Source: Minisyncoccota bacterium (GTDB taxonomy: Bacteria; Patescibacteriota; Minisyncoccia; Phycocordibacterales; UBA6065). From it: a stretch of 64,000 bases of DNA. Where the stretch lies: NCBI GenBank assembly GCA_035546035.1, contig DASZXC010000008.1, positions 316,265 through 380,264 on the forward strand. The letters are read 5' to 3'. Position 1 is the first letter of the stretch; each line of letters begins with the position of its first letter. The notes below the pieces were generated by a model. The model saw only the letters and a list, made by a program, of their open reading frames with translations. It made no database searches and was not told where the DNA came from. The position numbers and the translations under genes were made by a program. This document shows, in pieces, positions 37,502 through 46,524 of this stretch.

Positions 37502-37803
37502 AAGAGCGATCCCCGGCAATCACGCCGCTCGACCGCATTTGTCGCCGGATTCAATCCAGCCTTGCTACGGGAGGTTTCCCGTTCGTCGGCATCCGTTGAA
37601 CGCGCGCGATGCGCCAGATGCCTATGCCGGTTGACGAGCGCAGCATTCCTTAACGGGCGCGCTCCCGGCCTGGGACTGCTCCGTATGAGCCCGGGTTGCC
37701 GCACTTGCGGTTCGGACTTCGCCTCGCGAATCAGTTGCGAGGCGCTTCTACCATAAGGACTCCTCGTATGTTATATCACGAAAAGCCCTCTCCGGCGCGG
37801 CTT

Positions 37804-40800
37804 CTATGCAAGCGCCATGAAATTATCGGCGAGTAGGGAGATCTCGCCGTTCCTCTCCGAAACTTTCGCTTTCAATGCCACGCATTTCTCGGGCACGATG
37901 ACGGCTTTGTATCGCGCGTACGTGCGGGGGAATGCTACCGCTTCGATCGTGCCGGTCAGGTCTGCCATGCGGATGAACGCCATCGGCTCGTTCTTCTTCG
38001 TCATGATGACGCGGACTTCCTCGATAATGCCGCCGAGCACGACCATCTCTTCCTTTACCTTGCCCGTCGTTTCGAATTCCTTCATGGCTTTAGCTTTTGC
38101 CGTGGCGATATGGATCGGGCGTTTCTCGAGCACCGCTTTATATTTGTCTAAAGGATGCCCGGAGATATAAAGGCCGAGGAGCTCTTTTTCCCAGAGCAGC
38201 CTCTCGTGCTGGGTCACGGGAGACACCGTATCGAGCCTGATGTCGTCGTGGCCCGCGAACGCTTCATGGCCGCCGAACAATGAATCCTGCGCGCCGCCCG
38301 ACCTAGCTTTCTCTTTGTTGTATTCGAGCAATTTATCGATGTTGCCGTACATGGCAGCGCGGTCGGCGAATTCGTCCAAAGCGCCGCACTTGATGAGAGA
38401 TTCGAGCGATTTCTTGTTCAGGTTCCGGTCCTTGATCCGGGAAAGGAAATCCGAGAGCGACTTGTATTTTCCGCCTGCCTTGCGCTCGTGGATGATGGCG
38501 CGGGCTATGCCTTCGCCGAAGTTCTTGATCGTCGTAAGTCCGAAGCGGATGCGCGCCGTGCCGCCGGCTCCGTTCGCGGTCGCGTCTTTGATCACGGAGA
38601 ATGCCGTGAAGCTTTCATTCACGGATGGCGGCAATACCGGAATGCCCATGCGCTTGCATTCGATGATCGATTCGCCGATGCGCTCGACGTCGCCTGAATC
38701 GGCGGTCAGCACGGCGGACATATAGATGGCAGGGAAGTTGGCTTTGAAATACGCCGTCTCGTATGCGACTTTGCCGTATGATACCGAGTGAGCCTTGTTG
38801 AAGCCATATGCGGCGAACGGTTCGATCCAGGTCCACAATTCCTTCGCCTTCTTCTCGGCCCATTTGGAATGCGAGACGCAGCCCTTGATGAATTTCTCCT
38901 TCTGGACCGCCATCTCTTCCGGGATCTTCTTGCCGACGGCCTTTCGGAACTTGTCGACTTCGCCCCATGAATATCCCGCGATCTTGTGCGCGATCATCAG
39001 AAGGTCGTCCTGGTATACGAGCACGCCGTATGTTTTGTTCAAGATAGGTTCGAGCGCCGGGTCGGGATATTCGATCGGCGAGCGGCCGTGCTTTCGGTCG
39101 ATATACAGCGGGATGAATTGGATCGGGCCGGGACGATAGAGCGCCACCATTGCGTTGATGTCGTGGATGGTCGTCGGCTTGAGATCCTTCAGGTATTTGG
39201 TCATGCCGTCGCCGTTCAGCTGGAAAAGGCCTTCGGTCTCGCCGCGCGCGAGCATATCGAATGTCTTCTTGTCATCGAGCGGCACCGTCTCGGGATCTAT
39301 TTTCTGGCCCTCGATCTTTTCGATGCGGTCCACCACGTCGGCGAGGATAGAGAGGTTTTTGAGGCCAAGGAAGTCGAATTTCAGGAGGCCCGCTTCCTCG
39401 ATCGAATACATGTCGTACTGGCTGATGATCTTCTGTTCGCCTTTCGTATCGTACTGGAGGGGAGTGAAGTCGGTCAGTTCCGTCGGGGCGATGACCACGC
39501 CTGCGGCATGCACGGAGATGTGCCGGGCGCAGCCCTCGATCTTCTTTGCCAGGTCTATGATGCGCTTGGTATCGGGATCTTCTTTATAGAGCTTCGCCAG
39601 ATCGGGCACGAGCTCCATGGCATGATCGATGGTCATAGGGAAGCCCTGCGATCCCATAGGGATCATTTTGGCGAGCTTGTCGCCGGTCTCGACAGGGTAG
39701 CCAAGAGCACGAGTCACGTCGCGCACCGAGCCGCGGGCTGCCATGGTGCCGAACGTGCCGATCTGGGCTACTTTCTCTATGCCGTACTTCTTGCGGGCGT
39801 AATCCACCATCTCGTCGCGCCTGTTATCGGCGAAGTCCATATCTATATCGGGCGCCGAAGGCCGGTCGGGATTGAGGAATCGTTCGAACGGGATCTCATA
39901 TTCGAGCGGGTCTATATTCGTGATGCCTGCGAGGTATGTGACCATGGAGCCGGAGACCGAACCCCTGATATTCGACAATATGCCGTGTGCTCGCGCATAT
40001 GCCAGAAGGTCCGCCACGATCAGGAAGTACGGCGAATATCCCTTGCCCTTGATGACGGAGAGCTCGTATTCGACGCGCTTCAATATGTCGGGCGTCTCCG
40101 CGACGTCTCGCTTGGCAAAGCCTTCGAATACGACCTTGCGTAGAGCCGTGTCAGGCGTTTCGCCCTCGGGCAATTTGAAGTCGGGAAATACCCATTTGCC
40201 GAGCTCTATCTCGCAGTTGCATTCATCGGCGATCTTTTCGGTGTTGGCGATCGCTTCTGGTATGTCGCGGAAATATTCTTGGGCCGTTTTGTCGGATATG
40301 AACGAGAAATCGGCGACGTCGTCATCTGAAATGCGGTCGTCGCCCGACGAGTTCACGAGCATCAGAGTCTGTTGAGCCTGCTTATCTTCAGGTCTGATGT
40401 AATAGACGTTGCCTCCGGCGACTAACGGTATGCCGGTCTTTTTCGCCACGTCTTTGGTGCGCTCCATGAGCGTGTCGTGGCCGTCTATGTCCGGATGGTA
40501 GGTGATCTCGATATAAAAATCTGCTCCGTATATGGCACGATAGCTTTCGGCGATCTCGCAGGCCTTGGCTATGTCATTTCCCTGGAGCGCCGTGCTCAAA
40601 GGGCCGCTGAACGCCGATGCGACGGCGACGAGGTCGCTTTTATAAAGCTTCATGAGCTCGTCGTCTATGCGCGGCTTGTAGTAGAAACCTTCGAGGTAGC
40701 TTTTGGTGACGAGCTGGATGAGGTTTTTGTATCCGTTATAATTTTTGGCCAGAAGTATGAGGCGCGTGCGGCGCGAGTCTATGCCCGACTGCTTGTCGGC

Positions 40801-41025
40801 GCGACCGCGCGGCGAGACGTAGAAATCGACGCCAAGGATCGGCTTGATGCCTTTGCCCTTGCACTCTTTATAGAATTCGATGGCACCGTAGAGGTTGCCG
40901 TTGTCGGTCAGAGCCAGGGCAGGGGCGCTGTCTTTTTTCGCCGCTTCCACGAGGTCTCCGATCTTTGGCAATGCCGCCAAGAGGGAGTAGTGGCTGTGGG
41001 TATGGAGATGGATGAAGCGGGACAT
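37804..41025 (-). CDS. dnaE: DNA polymerase III alpha subunit
   Basis: N-terminal PHP domain (HLHTHSHYSLL), polymerase core, HhH, and a C-terminal OB fold. Start taken at MSRFIHL. Confidence 0.95.
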   Translation of the reverse strand: MSRFIHLHTHSHYSLLAALPKIGDLVEAAKKDSAPALALTDNGNLYGAIEFYKECKGKGIKPILGVDFYVSPRGRADKQSGIDSRRTRLILLAKNYNGYKNLIQLVTKSYLEGFYYKPRIDDELMKLYKSDLVAVASAFSGPLSTALQGNDIAKACEIAESYRAIYGADFYIEITYHPDIDGHDTLMERTKDVAKKTGIPLVAGGNVYYIRPEDKQAQQTLMLVNSSGDDRISDDDVADFSFISDKTAQEYFRDIPEAIANTEKIADECNCEIELGKWVFPDFKLPEGETPDTALRKVVFEGFAKRDVAETPDILKRVEYELSVIKGKGYSPYFLIVADLLAYARAHGILSNIRGSVSGSMVTYLAGITNIDPLEYEIPFERFLNPDRPSAPDIDMDFADNRRDEMVDYARKKYGIEKVAQIGTFGTMAARGSVRDVTRALGYPVETGDKLAKMIPMGSQGFPMTIDHAMELVPDLAKLYKEDPDTKRIIDLAKKIEGCARHISVHAAGVVIAPTELTDFTPLQYDTKGEQKIISQYDMYSIEEAGLLKFDFLGLKNLSILADVVDRIEKIEGQKIDPETVPLDDKKTFDMLARGETEGLFQLNGDGMTKYLKDLKPTTIHDINAMVALYRPGPIQFIPLYIDRKHGRSPIEYPDPALEPILNKTYGVLVYQDDLLMIAHKIAGYSWGEVDKFRKAVGKKIPEEMAVQKEKFIKGCVSHSKWAEKKAKELWTWIEPFAAYGFNKAHSVSYGKVAYETAYFKANFPAIYMSAVLTADSGDVERIGESIIECKRMGIPVLPPSVNESFTAFSVIKDATANGAGGTARIRFGLTTIKNFGEGIARAIIHERKAGGKYKSLSDFLSRIKDRNLNKKSLESLIKCGALDEFADRAAMYGNIDKLLEYNKEKARSGGAQDSLFGGHEAFAGHDDIRLDTVSPVTQHERLLWEKELLGLYISGHPLDKYKAVLEKRPIHIATAKAKAMKEFETTGKVKEEMVVLGGIIEEVRVIMTKKNEPMAFIRMADLTGTIEAVAFPRTYARYKAVIVPEKCVALKAKVSERNGEISLLADNFMALA

Positions 41026-41127
41026 AGGTTGAATGGAACGCCAAGGACAAGCCTTGCGATCGATCAGTGACCATACAAGTATACGCTCTTTGCATCGAGG
41101 CACCAAGCGTCCTCGTAGTATGAGATA

Positions 41128-41736
41128 ATGAACCTAATGGAGATCCGCCATATCGTGGGCATAGACGAGGTAGGTCGCGGGCCGTTGGCGGGGCCTGTCA
41201 CTATCTGTGCCTGCCGAGTAGCCGACGGATTCGATTTCGAGCATTTCAAGGGAATCAAGGATTCCAAGCAGCTTTCGCCCCAGAAGCGCGAATCGTGGTT
41301 CCTGCGCATATCGGAATTGAAGTCGCGTGGCCAGGTCGAATTCGCATACGCGTCCGTGTCGGCGGAAGAGATAGACGCGATCGGCATCGCACGGGCGATC
41401 GAGAAGGCTATACATGTGTCGCTCGAGGCTCTGGACCTCGTCCCTGAATCGACTTACATATTTTTGGACGGATCGCTCAAGGCTCCGAAGCGCTTCGCGC
41501 ATCAGGAGACGATCATAAAAGGGGACGAGAAGGTGCCTATAATCAGCGCCGCGTCCATCGTCGCCAAGGTCATCCGCGACCGCCATATGGAAGAGCAGGG
41601 GCGCATATATCCCGCATATGGATTCGAGGCGCATAAGGGGTATGGCACCGATGAGCATCGAAAAGCTATCAGAAAGCACGGCGCGTCGCCGATCCACAGG
41701 CTTAGCTTCCTTTCCAACATCATAAAGGCCGCATAA
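41128..41736 (+). CDS. rnhB: Ribonuclease HII
   Basis: GIDEVGRGPLAGPV active-site motif, ...DSKQLS... and ...HKGYGT... Confidence 0.9.
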   Translation: MNLMEIRHIVGIDEVGRGPLAGPVTICACRVADGFDFEHFKGIKDSKQLSPQKRESWFLRISELKSRGQVEFAYASVSAEEIDAIGIARAIEKAIHVSLEALDLVPESTYIFLDGSLKAPKRFAHQETIIKGDEKVPIISAASIVAKVIRDRHMEEQGRIYPAYGFEAHKGYGTDEHRKAIRKHGASPIHRLSFLSNIIKAA

Positions 41737-41785
41737 TCCGGCCCTTTCTTGCCTTTTTTATGAAGTCTGCTATAGTCAATGGCCT

Positions 41786-42010
41786 ATGGTAGTACGAATG
41801 CGAGCAACGAGGTCTCACAGGAACAACAGGCGTTCTCATCACGCCCTTAAAAACCCTGCATTGACGCGCGATACGAATACGGGCGCTATCCACCTCCGCC
41901 ACCGCGCTTCCGCGATTACGGGCAAATACAAAGGTATCGTCGTCGTAGACATGGATAAGAAGGCCGCGAAGAAGGCCAAGAAAGCGAAAGAAGCACAGAC
42001 GGCTCGCTAG
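41786..42010 (+). CDS. rpmF: 50S ribosomal protein L32
   Basis: MVVRMRATRSHRNNRRSHHALKNPALTRDTNTGAIHLRH aligns with the L32 consensus (..KRRSHHAL..P.L..D..TGE.HLRH). It has a Lys/Ala-rich tail. Confidence 0.8.
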   Translation: MVVRMRATRSHRNNRRSHHALKNPALTRDTNTGAIHLRHRASAITGKYKGIVVVDMDKKAAKKAKKAKEAQTAR

Positions 42011-42060
42011 TATAAAAATCACCCCAGGGCTCGGCGGGGTGATTTTTATACTAGCGAGCC
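42001..42060. terminator. Perfect 25-bp-arm palindrome acting as a bidirectional terminator
   Basis: GGCTCGCTAGTATAAAAATCACCCC-agggctcggc-GGGGTGATTTTTATACTAGCGAGCC. The rpmF stop TAG lies inside the left arm. It shares the core TAAAAATC(R)CCCC-N10-GGGG(Y)GATTTTTA with the 22511-22576 palindrome. Confidence 0.7.
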
Positions 42061-42150
42061 GTCCGGACTCCATTGCTCTCTTGCGCACCTTCTAAAACCT
42101 TTGTATCCTTTATAACGTATTAGTTTCAGGCATTAACGAACGCACATTTT

Positions 42151-43050
42151 ATGGCAAATAGGCACCTTGCGCGGTCTGTCGTTCTGCAGTCCCTCTTCGA
42201 GTGGGACTTCCGCGATAAATCCGACGCCATCCTCTCCGATGCGATATCCCGCGACGCGGCCGAGTTCGCGCCGGGCAATTCCGACGTCTCGTTCATGCAG
42301 GAGCTCGGCAAGGGAGTCATTTCAAAGCGTTCTGAGATAGACACCATCATAACCAAGGCCGCTCCTGACTGGCCTTTGGACAAGATCTCCATCGTAGACC
42401 GAAATGTCCTGCGCATCGGTCTTTTTGAATTGCTCTTCGCCGACCGCGAAGAGGTTCCGGCGAAAGTCGCCATCAACGAGGCCATCGAGCTCGCCAAATC
42501 GTTCGGCGGCGAGAATTCGGGTAAATTCGTGAACGGCGTGCTCGGTTCCGTATACAAGGAGCTCGGCGAGCCGGGCAAGGACGCGGTTTCCAAGAAAAAG
42601 GACGACAAATTCAATATCCCGTTCGAGAAGATGCCCATCGTGAAGCTCGGCGGCGCGGTCGTATTCGCCCGCGACGGCGGCGACATATACCTGGGTCTCG
42701 TCCATGACGTATTCGGTCGCTGGACCTTGTCCAAAGGAAGCCTTGAAGAGGGCGAGGACGTGAAGGTCGGCACTATGCGCAAGATCAAAGAGGAGATCGG
42801 CATAGGCGTCAGCCTCCTCAAGGAGGTCGCTTCGAACGAATATGTCGCGACGCACCCGGAGAAAGGCAAGCTCCGCAAGCAGGTGACGTATTTCCTCGCC
42901 GAAGCAAAGTACGAGCCTTTGAAGCTCAAAGAATCGGGCGGCCTCGACAAAGCGCAGTGGTTCAAGGCGGACGCGATCGGCGACCTCAATTTCTATGACG
43001 ACATGCTGCCGATCCTCACGAAAGCCATAAAGCTCATTCCCAAGAAGTAG
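42151..43050 (+). CDS. nusB: NusB (transcription antitermination factor) fused to a C-terminal Nudix hydrolase domain
   Basis: Residues 1 to about 150 contain [30 protein letters not shown], nearly identical to E. coli NusB ([27 protein letters not shown]). Residues from about 165 carry a Nudix box [23 protein letters not shown] (Gx5Ex7R[EK]Ux2EExGU). Confidence 0.8.
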   Translation: [299 protein letters not shown]

Positions 43051-43085
43051 TTGGCAATTCCTCTCTTTTCATATAGGTTAGTCGC

Positions 43086-43796
43086 ATGGCAACAGACATA
43101 GACAGAAATCTTTCCCGATTCGAAGACAAGGCAGGCGTCGTCTTCAAAGACAAAGCGCTCCTCCGCCAGGCTTTTACGCACCGTTCCTACATCAACGAGA
43201 ACAAGAACACCAGGCTCGAGCATAACGAGCGCCTCGAATTCCTCGGCGACGCGGTCCTTGAATTGGTCGTCACCGACTTCCTGTACAGAAAATATCCGAC
43301 TAATCCGGAAGGAGAGCTCACGACGTACCGGTCGGCCCTGGTGAACGCCGTCACGCTCTCCGAAGTCGCGTCGAACCTCGCTATGAACGATTTCCTCCTC
43401 CTTTCGAAGGGTGAAGCTAAAGACAATGGCCGCGCGCGCCAGTATATATTGGCCAATACCTTCGAAGCCGTCGTCGGCGCCATCTATCTGGACCAAGGAT
43501 ACGACGTCGCCAAGCAGTTCATAGAGAAGCACATATTCATATTTGCGGACGTTATGATCGCGCGCGGAAACCTCGTAGACGCAAAGTCCATGTTCCAGGA
43601 GCGCGCCCAGGAGAAGACGGGAGTGACGCCGTCGTACAAATTGGTGCGTGAGTCAGGCCCTGACCACGACAAATCGTTCACGGTCGGCGTGATGATAGGC
43701 AAAGAGCAGGTCGCCACGGGCGAAGGAAAATCAAAGCAGGAAGCGGAACAGAACGCCGCATTGCGGGCGCTCGAGGCAAAGGGTTGGAATCCGTAG
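43086..43796 (+). CDS. rnc: Ribonuclease III
   Basis: RNase III signature ERLEFLGDAVLELVV and a C-terminal dsRBD. Confidence 0.9.
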   Translation: MATDIDRNLSRFEDKAGVVFKDKALLRQAFTHRSYINENKNTRLEHNERLEFLGDAVLELVVTDFLYRKYPTNPEGELTTYRSALVNAVTLSEVASNLAMNDFLLLSKGEAKDNGRARQYILANTFEAVVGAIYLDQGYDVAKQFIEKHIFIFADVMIARGNLVDAKSMFQERAQEKTGVTPSYKLVRESGPDHDKSFTVGVMIGKEQVATGEGKSKQEAEQNAALRALEAKGWNP

Positions 43797-43837
43797 AAAG
43801 CGCCTTGCTTTCCGCGTCCTTCCGGGAATATCGAGAA

Positions 43838-43867
43838 TAAAAAAACCGCGCTCTCGCAAGAGCGCGG
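43838..43867 (-). terminator. Rho-independent terminator for the minus-strand gene at 43878
   Basis: Minus-strand CCGCGCUCU-ugcg-AGAGCGCGG followed by UUUUUUUU. Confidence 0.65.
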
Positions 43868-43877
43868 CCTTGATAGC

Positions 43878-44180
43878 CTACAAGCTGCTCGGTTTTCGGA
43901 AGATATTCTTCCAAGAGCCGCAGAAACCGAGATGATAGAGACAAAACGGGATCATTACGATGATCGAGCGCACGATCATCGTGTGCTGCGATTCCAGGAA
44001 TTCGTCGGAGGGGTGGGCCGCGAGAACGATCTCCGCGATATTCGTGATCACTCCGCAAAAGCCCATGGCGCATAAGGAGGCCGCGGCGAAGATGACAGGG
44101 TCTTTGACCCAGGCGGGAAGTCTTTTCATAGGGTACAAGGGATTCCGCGCCATAATAGCACGGACGCTGCTTTTGCGCAT
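43878..44180 (-). CDS. Small hypothetical membrane protein (about 100 aa; start uncertain, the ORF is open to 44228)
   Basis: Two hydrophobic segments. The longest start would overlap the smc start, so an internal ATG was chosen. Confidence 0.35.
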   Translation of the reverse strand: MRKSSVRAIMARNPLYPMKRLPAWVKDPVIFAAASLCAMGFCGVITNIAEIVLAAHPSDEFLESQHTMIVRSIIVMIPFCLYHLGFCGSWKNIFRKPSSL

Positions 44181-44222
44181 TTCCAGGCTGTAAGTGATAT
44201 ATTTAAAGAGCCAATTCCCTCC

Positions 44223-46481
44223 ATGCATCTCCGATCACTCGAGCTTTCCGGCTTCAAATCGTTCGCTAAAAAGAGCGCGCTCGAATTCAACGCGCAAGTG
44301 ACCGCCATCGTCGGTCCGAACGGATCGGGTAAATCGAACGTCGCCGAGGCGTTCCGGTTCGTCCTAGGCGAGCAATCCATCAAGTCCATGCGCGGCAAGA
44401 AGACCGAGGACCTTATTTTCAACGGAGCCGAAGCCCAGGCCCGCGGCAACCGCGCGTCGGTCAAGCTGACGTTCGATAATGCGCCGCAAAAGGGCGCACG
44501 GCTCCTGAACATCGATTTCGACGAGGTCTCTATCGAGCGCGTCATACACCGCGACTCGCTTTCCGAATATTTCATTAACGGATCGGCCGTGCGCTTGCGA
44601 GACATCGTCGAACTGCTCGCCGGCGCGCATATCGGCGCTTCGGGCCATCACATCATCTCGCAGGGCGAGGCCGACAGGATCCTGAACGCGAACGCACGCG
44701 AGCGCCGCGAGATGATCGAGGACGCGCTCGGTCTCAAGATATTCCAGTACAAGAGGGAGGAGAGCGAGCGAAAGCTCGAGAAAACGCGCGAGAACATGGA
44801 CAAGGTCGAATCGCTCCGCAAAGAGATCGCTCCGCATCTGAAGTTCCTGAAAAAGCAGGTGGAGAAGGTCGAGAAGACGATCGCTCTGCGCGAAGAGCTC
44901 AACGACATGTACAGAGAATACCTGAAGAGGGAATCTGAATATCTGGGCGCGACCGAAAAGGCTCTCGTCGAAGAATCCGCGGGCCCGAAGCGCGACCTCG
45001 ATCGATTGGAAAAAGAACTGGCGGCGGCGAAAAAGGTCTTGGACGAGTCCAAGCATAAGGACGCCAAGTCGAGCGAGCTGATGCAGCTAGAGGGTCGGCT
45101 GAAAGCGGTCAGAGAGGCGCGCGACGCCGCGTCGCGCGCCACCGGCCGCATCGAAGGCGAGATATCAACCCTTGAAAAGCTCCTCGCGCGCGAAAAGGCG
45201 ACCGCAGCCGCGGAAGCCGTCACCGTAGAATATTCGAAGGTAAAATCTCTCATTGCCGAAGCCGACGATATGCTCGCCGGCGCAGCCAAAGACCTCGGTC
45301 TCATCGCCAAAGTCCGTGCATTGCTCAAGTCTTTCCTTGATTCGAATAAAAACGCTCGATCCGATAGCCGTGCCGCAGACCTGGAGAAGGAGATAAAGCT
45401 CCTCAAGGAGCGCAAGATCGATGCGGACAAGGAAAGCAAGGAAAGAGACTCCGAATTCGGCGCTCTCTCCGCGAAATACGCCGCTCTCCAGAAGGAGATA
45501 GAAAAGGAGAAAGACAGCTCGCGCGACGCCGAGAAGGCGATGTTCCGCATCATGGCCGAAGAGAACGAGATCCGCGGCAGGCTCTCCGTTATCCGCGTGC
45601 GCGAAGACAAGCTCCGCCTCGAAAAAGAAGACTTCAAGCGCGAGCTCGCCGAAGGCGCTGGACTGATCGGCCGCGACATAACGTTCTATGAGTCGGACGA
45701 GGCCGTATATCCTGCCGAAGACCGCCACGCCCAGGAAGAGCGCCGCCGCTCCATCGAAAAGATCAAGGTCCGCCTCGAGGATTCCGGCGGAGTCTCGCCT
45801 GAAGACGTCATGAAGGAGTTCAAGGAGACGTCCGACCGCGACGGATTCCTCGCCCGCGAGATCGTGGACCTCGAAAAATCGGCCGAATCCCTGACCCGGC
45901 TCATCGTCGAGCTCGAGGAGAAGCTCGACACCATGTTCTCTGACGGCATCTCTAAAATAAATAGGCAATTTAAAGAATTCTTCGCTCTCATGTTCGGCGG
46001 CGGCGAAGCATCCCTCGGCGTCATCAAAGAGAAGAAGCGCAAGCGGGGCCCTTCCGCGGAAGAATTGGCGGAAATGAAAGAGGCTGGCATCGAACTCCCT
46101 CCCGAAGGAGAGGAGGAAGAGACCGAGCTCGGCGTGGATATCAACGTGAATCTGCCGCGGAAGAAGATCCGCGGCCTCGAGATGCTTTCGGGCGGCGAGC
46201 GCGCTCTCACTTCTATCGCGCTCCTCTTCGCGATCTCGCAGGTCAATCCGCCGCCGTTCATCATCCTTGACGAGACCGACGCCGCCCTCGACGAGGCTAA
46301 TTCCAAAAAATACGGCGACATGGTCGAGAATCTGTCGAAGCATTCCCAGCTCATCGTCATCACCCACAACCGCGAGACTATGTCGCGCGCGGGCGTCCTC
46401 TATGGCGTCACTATGGGCAGGGAAGGCTATTCCAAGCTCCTTTCCATCGCATTCAACGAGGCATTGGCGGTGGCGAAATAG
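44223..46481 (+). CDS. smc: SMC-family chromosome segregation ATPase, short form (752 aa; no obvious hinge)
   Basis: Walker A GPNGSGKSN, long coiled coil, ABC signature LSGGERALTSIALLFAI, and Walker B/D-loop FIILDETDAALD. Confidence 0.8.
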   Translation: MHLRSLELSGFKSFAKKSALEFNAQVTAIVGPNGSGKSNVAEAFRFVLGEQSIKSMRGKKTEDLIFNGAEAQARGNRASVKLTFDNAPQKGARLLNIDFDEVSIERVIHRDSLSEYFINGSAVRLRDIVELLAGAHIGASGHHIISQGEADRILNANARERREMIEDALGLKIFQYKREESERKLEKTRENMDKVESLRKEIAPHLKFLKKQVEKVEKTIALREELNDMYREYLKRESEYLGATEKALVEESAGPKRDLDRLEKELAAAKKVLDESKHKDAKSSELMQLEGRLKAVREARDAASRATGRIEGEISTLEKLLAREKATAAAEAVTVEYSKVKSLIAEADDMLAGAAKDLGLIAKVRALLKSFLDSNKNARSDSRAADLEKEIKLLKERKIDADKESKERDSEFGALSAKYAALQKEIEKEKDSSRDAEKAMFRIMAEENEIRGRLSVIRVREDKLRLEKEDFKRELAEGAGLIGRDITFYESDEAVYPAEDRHAQEERRRSIEKIKVRLEDSGGVSPEDVMKEFKETSDRDGFLAREIVDLEKSAESLTRLIVELEEKLDTMFSDGISKINRQFKEFFALMFGGGEASLGVIKEKKRKRGPSAEELAEMKEAGIELPPEGEEEETELGVDINVNLPRKKIRGLEMLSGGERALTSIALLFAISQVNPPPFIILDETDAALDEANSKKYGDMVENLSKHSQLIVITHNRETMSRAGVLYGVTMGREGYSKLLSIAFNEALAVAK

Positions 46482-46484
46482 GAC

Positions 46485-46512
46485 TTGATTTTTTATACAG
46501 ATGTGCTATAAT
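46485..46512 (+). promoter_or_regulatory. Near-consensus sigma70-type promoter (TTGATT-N16-TGcTATAAT)
   Basis: -35 TTGATT at 46485-46490 and extended -10 TGCTATAAT at 46504-46512, immediately after the smc stop. The ATG at 46525 lies about 6 nt from the predicted TSS. Confidence 0.5.
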
Positions 46513-46524
46513 GATGCATAGCAT

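Noticed and set aside
37216-37704. 162-aa minus-strand ORF (MRQPGLIRSSPRPGARPLRN...) and the overlapping 126-aa and 77-aa plus-strand ORFs in the dnaE-thrS spacer
   Set aside because: Their composition is extreme in Arg, Pro, Ala and Ser, as expected for random frames in GC-rich DNA. They run straight through terminator hairpins and the T-box leader, and they have no SD. They were treated as artefacts of a non-coding region.
37301-37803. Possible RNase P RNA, tmRNA or SRP RNA assignment
   Set aside because: Only partial similarities were found: CCCGGGCUCAUA versus the P4 UCCGGGCUCCAUA, CAGGUCCGG as in SRP domain IV, and a GGAUUGAAUCC T-arm-like stem. Neither GGAAAGUCC, the GGUAAGAGCGCACC-type CR-IV box, a GNRA-closed SRP helix nor a tRNA-like CCA end could be found. 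The region was left unassigned rather than named.
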